Positions 8,701-17,600 of a DNA stretch of 64,000 nt are shown one piece after another. The notes below the pieces were generated by a model. It made no database searches, was not told the origin of the DNA, and was given only the letters and a program-made list of their open reading frames with translations. The stretch is from the IMG/VR virus record IMGVR_UViG_3300006467_000155. One strand, written 5' to 3'. Positions within the stretch are counted from its first letter, which is position 1; each line of letters starts with the position of its first letter. The position numbers and the translations under genes are program-made. This DNA is from an uncultured virus (IMG/VR IMGVR_UViG_3300006467_000155). Its lineage: Duplodnaviria > Heunggongvirae > Uroviricota > Caudoviricetes.

Positions 8701-8726
8701 AAAATACCCGGGCTTTCACCCGGGCC
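8701..8726 (-). terminator. Hairpin / weak terminator between tail and lysis genes
   Basis: CCCGGG-TGAAAG-CCCGGG followed by TATTTT. Confidence 0.5.
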
Positions 8727-8732
8727 TACATC

Positions 8733-9101
8733 TTATGGCTTGTCCCGCCAATCCACCGGAATGAACCGGAAGGTTGGCAGGTTTGGGGATTCAGTACTCC
8801 CCGGCCAAGCAACTCCATTTGGACGGTCAGTATAGAAAACCGATAATTGACCGGTGATAGGCTCACCAGCCGTTAGTTCATCAAGGGCTACGCCCAACCA
8901 AAGGCTGATAGTAGACGAGTCTACAATTTCAATCTCTGGGTCAGTGGTGGAGTCAAACTCCGTACCGTCCGCAAGTTCAAGGACTACCTTGGTAGCGCCC
9001 TGAAGGGGAGGATCGGTAGCCTCCTCCCCGGTGGTCAGCTCGGAGTGCAATTTTACAGGGACGCGGTTGTCACGCCCCATGTAGATATACACGTCCCTCA
9101 T
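8733..9101 (-). CDS. Small virion-associated protein (fibre adaptor-like)
   Basis: Beta-rich acidic ORF in the tail module. Confidence 0.5.
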   Translation of the reverse strand: MRDVYIYMGRDNRVPVKLHSELTTGEEATDPPLQGATKVVLELADGTEFDSTTDPEIEIVDSSTISLWLGVALDELTAGEPITGQLSVFYTDRPNGVAWPGSTESPNLPTFRFIPVDWRDKP

Positions 9102-9111
9102 GATCTACCCC

Positions 9112-9522
9112 TTACGGTTCAATCACCGGCTGTACGAAGGTGACTCGGGTTTCTGGAATGGTGATCGGGTTGCCGGCAGTCAGGGTTTGGTCCGTGACTT
9201 CATCGGTTACCATCAACAGACGGGTTCCATCGTATACCGCCACCCAGAGGTCCGGGCTTGCGGAAACAGACTCAGCAACAGTGCCCGTCTGTGGGTCAAT
9301 GGTTACCCGGCGCTGCTGTGCCGTAGCGCCATTACCCAAAGCAACGTCAGCGCCAGCAACAGTGATTTCATTGCTCACCCGGTTACCCGCGCCACTCAAG
9401 AGACCGGAGGCCTCTGCTCGGGTGGTGGGTGCTCCTTGGCAAACAGACATGGTAAGACTGGCCGCATCAGAAAGCGTGCTCAGACCGTTATCGAGAATAT
9501 CGGGGTGCAGATAAAGAGACAT
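9112..9522 (-). CDS. Small beta-rich fibre subunit
   Basis: ILDNGL...WVAVYDGTRLL...DQTLTAGNPITIP pattern of small phage fibre proteins. Confidence 0.55.
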   Translation of the reverse strand: MSLYLHPDILDNGLSTLSDAASLTMSVCQGAPTTRAEASGLLSGAGNRVSNEITVAGADVALGNGATAQQRRVTIDPQTGTVAESVSASPDLWVAVYDGTRLLMVTDEVTDQTLTAGNPITIPETRVTFVQPVIEP

Positions 9523-9532
9523 GGTTCATTCC

Positions 9533-11092
9533 TCATAAGTCAACATAGAGCTTGTTGGTCGTAACTACCACACTACGACCTTCGGTTAAAACTTCCAAAC
9601 TTTTTACCGGCCCGAGTACTGCCGGCTCCCCCGGGAATAGAGCAATCGCCATGTAATAGGTTGGCTCCATTACCAAAGACTGTAGCGCAAGCTGAGCATT
9701 TTGCGAGAGCGCCAGACGAGAAAGTTCTGGTGCAAGGTCGATCACCCCCGTACTCAGTTTGTGCGTTACTCCCATGGAAACCCGGGACACCTTGGGCTCC
9801 ACGACTACCGACTCACAGGACAAAGAGTGCTCCTGCACTACTGCAGCCGATGAGACATTTACCGATACAACCAGATTTTCAGTTTCAAGAATCTGCTGAG
9901 CACCCTGCCCCAAAGTCAGATCATTGACGGTCGGTGTGACATTAATGTCACTGGCGTCAAGTTCATGGGTCTGAGTCAGTGTTAGCCCAACAAACTGCGG
10001 TTCTACCTGAAGGCTCCCGGCCTCCAACAGGTGGTCTACCTGCAGGGTCACCACCGACAGGTCCGGCTCCATGACCAAGCCTTCCGCTGTGACTTGATGC
10101 TCCTGCACCATCACCGCGCCAGAAGTGGTCGGGACCATCCGTATGGAGGCTGGCACTATGGTATCCGTGACTATCTCCACGAGAGTCGGAGTGCTTACCA
10201 TGGGTTGCATCTGCAGACTGGCAACAGCGCCCTCGTGGGTCTGTCCAAGGGCAAGGTCGGTCACTGTCGGGGTTACCTGCAGTGACTCGCTTTCCAGTGC
10301 CGAGGTGTGAACCACGGATGCGGTGGATACCTCGGGCTCCATAGCCATGGATCGGGTATCAAGTACCTGTGTCTGGCTAAGGGTCAAACCCGAGACTTCC
10401 GGGACCACCTCAAGCGGTGCCGGCTGCATACTTCCCTGCTGCTCCACCTCGACACCAGACAGGGTGCCTTCCATGGCCAGAGAGTCTGTTGCCAGCCCAT
10501 GGGTCTGCACTGCCAAAGCGGTGGATACGGTAGGGGTAACCTGAAGGCTGCTGGCATCAAGAGCCTGAGTTTGGTTCAAGGTAAGGCCAGATACCTTGGC
10601 TTCCTGTACCAGTGATTCCGACACCATGCTGTGGTTCTGGGTAACCGCCACCCCAGATACCGTTGGGGTCATCTGCAGGGATTCTGACTCCACCTCGTGC
10701 GTGTTGGTCGCACTAATACCGGTGAGTGTCGGGGTCAGCTGAACCGACTGGGTATCAAGGCTATGAGCCTGTGACGCAGCCGCCTCAGACAGGGTTGGAG
10801 TAACCTGAATACTATCGGTTTCCAAAGCATGGGTCTGGCTCAGGCTCACACCGCTCACGGTGCCTTCCATCACCAAGCTATTGGTATTCAGGTTGGCCGT
10901 AGCCGAGATAGTGGTGAATGACTCCCACGCAGACCAAGCTGAGACGTTGGTTCCGTCATCCTCCTGAACCCGGAATTCATAGTCAGTCAGTTGGGTCAGC
11001 CCGGACAGGTTGTAAAACTCGTCCGTAATGTTCTCTACAAGAACCTCGTTCCCAACGTCACCAAGCTCCCGCCACTCAAGATTATAGGCCAT
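9533..11092 (-). CDS. Fibre protein: N-terminal partial FN3 domain + ~19 tandem 22-aa repeats
   Basis: ATG at 11092 (TAATG overlap); repeats such as QTHALETDSIQVTPTLSEAAAS / QAHSLDTQSVQLTPTLTGISAT. Confidence 0.75.
   Translation of the reverse strand: MAYNLEWRELGDVGNEVLVENITDEFYNLSGLTQLTDYEFRVQEDDGTNVSAWSAWESFTTISATANLNTNSLVMEGTVSGVSLSQTHALETDSIQVTPTLSEAAASQAHSLDTQSVQLTPTLTGISATNTHEVESESLQMTPTVSGVAVTQNHSMVSESLVQEAKVSGLTLNQTQALDASSLQVTPTVSTALAVQTHGLATDSLAMEGTLSGVEVEQQGSMQPAPLEVVPEVSGLTLSQTQVLDTRSMAMEPEVSTASVVHTSALESESLQVTPTVTDLALGQTHEGAVASLQMQPMVSTPTLVEIVTDTIVPASIRMVPTTSGAVMVQEHQVTAEGLVMEPDLSVVTLQVDHLLEAGSLQVEPQFVGLTLTQTHELDASDINVTPTVNDLTLGQGAQQILETENLVVSVNVSSAAVVQEHSLSCESVVVEPKVSRVSMGVTHKLSTGVIDLAPELSRLALSQNAQLALQSLVMEPTYYMAIALFPGEPAVLGPVKSLEVLTEGRSVVVTTNKLYVDL
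9937..9950. repeat. 14-bp palindrome copy (exact, intragenic)
   Basis: Encodes DINVT. Confidence 0.95.
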
Positions 11093-12570
11093 TATCCTTG
11101 CTCCCAAGTCAGAGTCACAGAAGTCGGTTGCAGGTTCTCAAACCCGAGATTTACGGGGGTATTCACGCCAACCGGGATAAGCCAACCAGTGTCATTGTTT
11201 GCAATCAAATCTAGGTGGATGGATTCAAGTTGTTCTTCAGTCAGAACACCCTTACCCATCTCGGCATAGTAAATCTGACCCTGCACGTTCCGGTTGAGGC
11301 TTCCCCGGTTACCAAGTGACAAAATACGGTTGGTGTTGTTAATCCGACCCAAAACATCTGACGAACCATAGTTTGAACCAGCAATCGACCGGTATTGCCC
11401 GTCAGTCATGACACGGATGCGCGACTCAGAGCCAAGTTCATCCATGTCAATCTGGATAACAAGGGTGTGCGGATCAGTGTCTCCGGGGTTGTAGTAAAAA
11501 GAGGCCGTGTGCCCCGTACCCCCAGATTCGTTATCAAAACGAACAACCCACAGGTCGTTTTCTTCCTTAACAATCGAAATGTCCGTATTGCCGCTGGAAG
11601 TACCAATGGCGAATAGGCGCATACCATTTGGATGCCCGACTATGTTAGCCAGCACCATAGCGAACCAGAAGGTTTTTTCCCCATCGAGTTCCGCACCAAG
11701 GTTACCGTTTGCAACGATATTATCGAGTCTGGCTATACCGCTATTGGAAACACTCGGACTATTAGTGAAATCAAGCCCTTTGCCGGAGGCAATAGAAGTC
11801 CACTCCAACGCATTGTTATAGTCCAACGTCAGATCATTACCATTACCGGTATCATCGGCAGTGGTGGTTGGGGCAGTGCCGCTCGATGCCTCACTTAGCA
11901 GGAACCGACAAAGGCTTGTAGCGTTACTTGCGTTTACCGAGCGAGCCCTTCCAGCCCCGACGCCAGTCGTGAGGCTGAATACAGCGACTTCAACCTGAGA
12001 GTTACGACCAGTCTGCAAGAAGAATCCGATTGCTCCGGGGTCACTTATAGAAAATTCACCCCAACTATTAGAACCATTAGGTTCTTCTGACCCTTCAGGC
12101 CACGCCTTGAAATATAAGGTGGTGCTGTCGGTTTCAACCCCACCTGCGCCACGAAGTCTTACCCAAAACCATCCAGTGCCTTGGTATTGCCCTACATTCA
12201 CTGCGCGTGACGTTTCCGCACCGGCTTGAAATATTCGGCCTTGCTCTTTATCTGGGTCCGGGCTCATACCATAGACAAGCCCTGTTACATCACTCTCCAT
12301 TCGAGCGGCCACATTAGCGTAACCGTCGAGATCACGAACCAAGGCGAGAAGTTCAAAATCTGCCCTGCCTGCATCCGCATCAACAGGGTCATACTTGACC
12401 ATACCGTAATTGGCAGGGTTACCAGTTCCGTTGATCCGTAGGCATTTCCCATGCCCGTTGGCGGTATTGTCTACTATGGTGATAGACCTCCCGGTACCAA
12501 ACAAAACAGACCAATCTGCAGGGGACTGCCCCACAGTTTCATCAGAAAAATCGGTGAAATACCCCGCCAT
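11092..12570 (-). CDS. Putative receptor-binding/lectin-like (ConA/LamG-type) fibre protein
   Basis: Beta-sandwich-like sequence (WFWVRLR, LSLGNRG...GQIYYA); ends in the first strands of an FN3 domain. Confidence 0.6.
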   Translation of the reverse strand: MAGYFTDFSDETVGQSPADWSVLFGTGRSITIVDNTANGHGKCLRINGTGNPANYGMVKYDPVDADAGRADFELLALVRDLDGYANVAARMESDVTGLVYGMSPDPDKEQGRIFQAGAETSRAVNVGQYQGTGWFWVRLRGAGGVETDSTTLYFKAWPEGSEEPNGSNSWGEFSISDPGAIGFFLQTGRNSQVEVAVFSLTTGVGAGRARSVNASNATSLCRFLLSEASSGTAPTTTADDTGNGNDLTLDYNNALEWTSIASGKGLDFTNSPSVSNSGIARLDNIVANGNLGAELDGEKTFWFAMVLANIVGHPNGMRLFAIGTSSGNTDISIVKEENDLWVVRFDNESGGTGHTASFYYNPGDTDPHTLVIQIDMDELGSESRIRVMTDGQYRSIAGSNYGSSDVLGRINNTNRILSLGNRGSLNRNVQGQIYYAEMGKGVLTEEQLESIHLDLIANNDTGWLIPVGVNTPVNLGFENLQPTSVTLTWEQG

Positions 12571-12667
12571 GACCCATCTCCACTAATTCTAGGTTACTCC
12601 TGATACTGATAGACCCCTTCCGAGTCCACCATCTCAAAATACAAGTTGAGACGGTGGAGGCTTTCTC

Positions 12668-13027
12668 TTAATTCGGAGAAAGTTGGAGTACCGGGGCTTC
12701 CGGAGGGGCCACCTTCTTTCCCACTACAGGGTCAGACCAGACAGAGTAAACCCCATCAAGATCGGAGACTCGGATTCGGAAGGTGTATTCCTGATAGTCC
12801 GCCAGAATACTGTCAATGTTGTATTCGGTAGCACTTGCCGGGGCCGTGATTGGGCTCGGACATTCATCGCCGTTGAGGTCGCCAACACAAATCTGGTACT
12901 GGCCGAGCTGAGTATCGGGGAGTGGGGTGCCATCAACCCGTGTGGTTGGGGCTTCCCAAGTCAGGGAGGTTGCCATAACAATGGCCGGCAACATGGCCGC
13001 TACAAACAAGGTAAGAAAGCGAAACAT
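12668..13027 (-). CDS. Exported FN3-domain protein with Sec signal peptide
   Basis: MFRFLTLFVAAMLPAIVMA then TSLTWEAP...YTFRIRVSD.DG.YS.WS. Confidence 0.7.
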   Translation of the reverse strand: MFRFLTLFVAAMLPAIVMATSLTWEAPTTRVDGTPLPDTQLGQYQICVGDLNGDECPSPITAPASATEYNIDSILADYQEYTFRIRVSDLDGVYSVWSDPVVGKKVAPPEAPVLQLSPN

Positions 13028-13098
13028 GGTTGAACTCCTTTCGAGGTTTTAGGTACTGCGACCCCCCAAGTCTGTTACCTCGATCCGGATATGTCCAG

Positions 13099-13326
13099 TC
13101 AAACTTTGAAGACAGGTATCTGATTGGCCCGCTTGGTCCGGCCCTTCAGCACCCCACCCTCAATGCGAACCTCGTCGCCCGGGTAGGCAGTCACACCACC
13201 GGAAGGTACGGTGATCAGGCCGGCTGAGGTCATCACTCGGAAGCTCTTTCCCTCGATTGACACGACTTCACCACTTACAGGGGTTGTGCTTTTTAGAAGG
13301 TCACGAATCTTCTGATAGGGGTTCAT
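13099..13326 (-). CDS. Small tail-tip protein (OB-fold-like)
   Basis: GEVVSIEG...YPGDEVRIEGG. Confidence 0.55.
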   Translation of the reverse strand: MNPYQKIRDLLKSTTPVSGEVVSIEGKSFRVMTSAGLITVPSGGVTAYPGDEVRIEGGVLKGRTKRANQIPVFKV

Positions 13327-13622
13327 TCAAGTCTCTCCACGGTCAACTCGGTAAGTACTTCAGGGCCACTGGTCTGGTGAGCGATTCCACCAACTTTCCC
13401 CACCCATGTTGTTCCCTGCAAGGCGTCCATAACCGCCACGGTTTGGCCCCGGCGAATGCCAGTCCGATAATTTGATATTAATATCACTTCTTTCTGCCCG
13501 GACTTGGAATCTATCTCGTTTCGTCCTTTCTGCAGAGCTACCGGTACGGTCGTGATCAATGGGTTTTCAATGTCTGGGCCATAATGATCTCCGGCATCAC
13601 GAACTACGATCAGATCAATCAT
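13323..13622 (-). CDS. Tail-tip protein (hub C-terminal-like)
   Basis: Likely start MIDLIVVR; GIRRGQTVAVMD...WVGKV. Confidence 0.55.
   Translation of the reverse strand: MIDLIVVRDAGDHYGPDIENPLITTVPVALQKGRNEIDSKSGQKEVILISNYRTGIRRGQTVAVMDALQGTTWVGKVGGIAHQTSGPEVLTELTVERLE
13473..13486. repeat. Palindrome variant (intragenic)
   Basis: TGATATTAATATCA, symmetric double substitution. Confidence 0.8.
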
Positions 13623-14103
13623 TTTCCACCCCACGAATGAAGACAATAACAGGCACCGGGTTTCCCACCCCAGTCAACCGGTACTGAGCAACCGTGGTGT
13701 TATAGCGAACACGAGCCACAGCAACCAATGGAGCCGGGGCAATAACCCCCCCACCAACGACCGTCCCGGATATGGCATCCCCATAGGTCTCAAGGTAGGT
13801 CAGTCCGGAAGCAACCGGTTTCGAGGTCCGACCAAACCGGGAGTTCTCAAACGTCAACCACTCCTCCACGGAGATGGTGGTGGTTCCGACTGACGTTATG
13901 CTGCCCAAAGTCGGCCTTACTTCCGATATCTTGAAACCGGTAGGTAGGTAGACCAGAAACCCCGGGGAATCCCCCACCTTGAAGTTGACCAGCCCCGCAT
14001 TCAGCCCCTCGGGCCGGCGATCAATCTCTGCCGACAGGTTGCCCGATTCGTCCCCATCCGTTACGAAGGAGACTGTCAGGTTTGACTGAAGTCTCTGGGC
14101 CAT
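13615..14103 (-). CDS. Minor tail protein, paralog of 14103..14600
   Basis: Shared L.V.F, AE.D.R...GLN, EEW.TF.N, VRYNT, PV.(I/V)F motifs. Confidence 0.65.
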   Translation of the reverse strand: MAQRLQSNLTVSFVTDGDESGNLSAEIDRRPEGLNAGLVNFKVGDSPGFLVYLPTGFKISEVRPTLGSITSVGTTTISVEEWLTFENSRFGRTSKPVASGLTYLETYGDAISGTVVGGGVIAPAPLVAVARVRYNTTVAQYRLTGVGNPVPVIVFIRGVEND

Positions 14104-14600
14104 TAGTTCACCACCCCACTAACGAAGATGACCACAGGGTTTTCTCCCGAAGCCCCATTCAATTGGTAGGCTGTAGGTCTGGTGTTATAGCGTACCTTTA
14201 CAACACCAACAACGGGGTTAGACACCCGCAAAGTACTCCCATTTATTACTGAGGGGTTTGGCATCCCCACAGATTTCAAAATAGTCACTGCTCCTTCAGC
14301 CGGGTAAGACAAGGAGGCTTCCGCTACATTAGCGAAAGTGATCCATTCCTCCTGCTGAATACTTGGCCGGCTGATCAGGGCCGTAGACCCTTCGGAGGTT
14401 TTTATAGCGTCGAGATTCACCGAATCAGTCTTGTAGACCAGAAACACCGGTTGGTCCCCGGGCCGAAACGATGTGCCATTCGGGTTTAGACCTCCGTCCT
14501 GAGGGTCTCTGCTATCAAATTCTGCCTTCAGAATTCCCTGACCATCAGCGGTGCCCCCCGCGTCAAAATTGACTACTAGCGATGCTGTTACTTCGGCCAT
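14103..14600 (-). CDS. Minor tail protein, paralog of 13615..14103
   Basis: Same motifs as 13615..14103. Confidence 0.65.
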   Translation of the reverse strand: MAEVTASLVVNFDAGGTADGQGILKAEFDSRDPQDGGLNPNGTSFRPGDQPVFLVYKTDSVNLDAIKTSEGSTALISRPSIQQEEWITFANVAEASLSYPAEGAVTILKSVGMPNPSVINGSTLRVSNPVVGVVKVRYNTRPTAYQLNGASGENPVVIFVSGVVN

Positions 14601-14601
14601 C

Positions 14602-17600
14602 TTACCCTCCGGTATCCACCACGATAAATTGAACTGATTGCCCTACCGGAATCTGGACCTCATAGACCAAGGCCTCGACAGTGTAGGTTATGGTCGCCAA
14701 CCCGTACCCATAGTTCACGCTGGTATCTGAAGCATACACCCTCGGTGTCCGCGCTTCACCTCCAACCGCCCCGAGTGATGCAGAGTGCCATTCCACCACA
14801 TCTATACTAACTGCGGGGTACTCAAGGGATGCCTCCCCTTCGATGAACTCCACTTCTTGGGTTTCCTGACGAGACTGAACCCCAATGCGGGTAAGGAACA
14901 CGGCCCCGTTATTGATGGTGGGCTCGACTGTGATCTTGTCTCTCCAAGGCTGTGGGTAGACGAACAATTTTCCCCGATCATTGGCATCGTCAGATTTAAC
15001 AAGCTCAATGGTATCGGACAATGAACTTGGTAGCTCCCTGATGCGAATCCTGTTGATAACTTCCTCACCAGAAAGGAATTCTTGCTGGCTGAGGTTGTCG
15101 TCTTCATCTGTGAGAACAAAGTCAGCCCCTTCCACGGTCATGGCGTTCATAGCCACTGGATACAGATAGTTCACCACGAGGCTCCCATCCGGCTCGGCTT
15201 CCAGAACACCACCACAAGCCGAAACCACCCGCTCAACAGCATCCGCCTTGGTCACCCCACGAACAGCGAACCGGTAGGCCGGGATGTTCCAATCCAGAAT
15301 GTTCCAGACTACGGGTCGGCCAATAATGTCCTCCACCAAATCACGAGCACTGATAGCAGCTTCCTGTACCCGGGTAACCTGTGATGAGTTCAGGCTTAGC
15401 TCTCCGACAACAGGGCTCAATAGACCCAAGCTCATTGAATTTCTAACTTGGTCCGCCCGGTTCAATGACTTGGTGTCCACCTCAAGAACATAGGTTTCTC
15501 CGGCCATGTCCACAATCACTGAATCGCCTTTCTTGGCTCGAATATAATCAGCCACCTCACTCAGGCTCACGGTGCCTCTCCAACCCAACTCACCTTCATC
15601 CTCGGATACCTGCAAAGTATCAAACTCAACAGAAACCCCGGACAGGGTTACCGTGACTGAGTTAGAAGAAATGATGGGGCTATCGTCAACCAAGGTGTAA
15701 AAACTGCTATGCCTCTCGGCAACGCGCTCGGTGACATTAATGTCAAACCGGGTTTCAAGCTGAGCAGTCACGGTCACCAGATTCCCATATTTCGTCTCAT
15801 GGTGCCGTCCTGCCACCTGCCTAAGAACCCAACTACTTTCATGCTGAGCTTTCACAACAACAGAAGGGTCGTATTGGGTCTCGTGCCATTTAGACACACT
15901 TGGGGCATCACTATACAGTGTCTCGATCTGGGCCCTTACCCGAGGCGCATCCCCGTACTCTGACTGATTTTGTGCCAATACATTGGGGCTATCCCCGAAC
16001 AGAGTTTCATGCTGCCATGACAGGAACACCGACTGGCTGTAACTAGTTTCATGGAGCACGGTCAGGGAATTCATTAACAGGGTTTCGTGCTGGGCTGCGA
16101 CCAACAATCCCATCTTGGTCTCATGCTGGGCCGCCACCTTGATAGCATAGCCAGTCTCGTGCTTCGCCTTCACTTTCACATAGGCATCGGTATCCCACAC
16201 TGCGTTGTGGAATTCCATTATTGCCGAGTCCACCCTGTAGGTCTGGTTAAACTCTCGCTCTTTGATCATTGGTTCACCTCCATACAGGGCCAAGTCAATA
16301 TACTTCATCACTGCGTAGGCAACTGTGGCATCTTCATAGCCCTCCACTCCGCTACCCTGTACCAGAAATTCTAACCCCACAATGCCGTAGAGGTCTGATC
16401 CTTCTGGGCGCTCAATAGTGTAATTCCCATAGTGCCCCGGGGAGTTGCGCCAAAAATCAAACGCCTGTTCTGGGGTTATGTACGGGTAGTCTTCCGGATT
16501 GCTACTGATAACAGCAGCAAACATGATGTTCTCAGATGCCCATGAGTAGGGGGTGGCCAGCTTTTTAATCCGGCTGTAAACGGTCTCATAGCCTGCAGGG
16601 AACCCTGAAGATTCGTGGGCATAAATGTCGGTCTCTGCCATGTTACGGGCATGTCGAGTAGCAAGCTCCGGGAAGTTACCATACCAGTTCTTCAAGAAGC
16701 TGGTTCTTCCTTGGGCTGCTCGATCCGCATTCATCAGGTCCAGAATCTTAGGTATCCAATCCCACTGAGGGAGAGCCCACATCTGGTCAAATGAACCGCT
16801 TACTTCCCCAAGGCCCCACCTCTGGTTGAATTCTTTTTCCACCAGCTCCTTGGCTTCTATCTGCCATTCCTGATTGAACTCCCTCTCGACCAACTCAGTA
16901 TCCTGAGTGATCAGCTCCCATTCCATCTGGAATATCCGTTCATCCATGGGCACATCCAATACCCATAACTGATTGAACTCTTTTTCCGTTTTGATGGTTT
17001 GCCCGAGTCTGACAATAAACGGTATTTCTGTTATCGGACTGGCCGCCCCAACCCTCAAGTTAAATCCAACCTCGTGAAATATCGAATCTGCTATTGCCCC
17101 CCGTGGAACCACGACAGGCTGGATATCCATGTTCACCTCAGTTTCGGTGTTTAGCGTGACACTGGCACTGCCTCGGATAGGGTACTGGATTTCTGGGCTC
17201 TGGTTTCTGGTGGTTCTTTCCTGCCGTACTGAAGGCAGATTGAATGAAGGGAACCATCGTCCATCCAATTGATACACCGGAGCCTGCCCGCCAGTGTAGG
17301 TGGTTTCATGAAACGAAGTCGCCTTAGCCACGCCATACTGGCTTTCCAGAAAGTTCTGTGCTTTAGCAATGCCGTACAGGGTTTCATGCTGGCTGTTAAG
17401 GCTGTTCAGATAGGAATACGTTGTCTCGTGCTGCTTCAGTACAGGGAGCGGGGCCCCAACGTCCGGTAGCCGGGTGGTGTTGCTATATATGCCCTCTATC
17501 TCGGCCTGTGTCATCGGGCGGGTAACAATGCCCAAGTCCCACCAATCCGCTACGGCACTGCCACTGTTGTTACCCAGAGTTTGCAACCCACCGGACCCGC

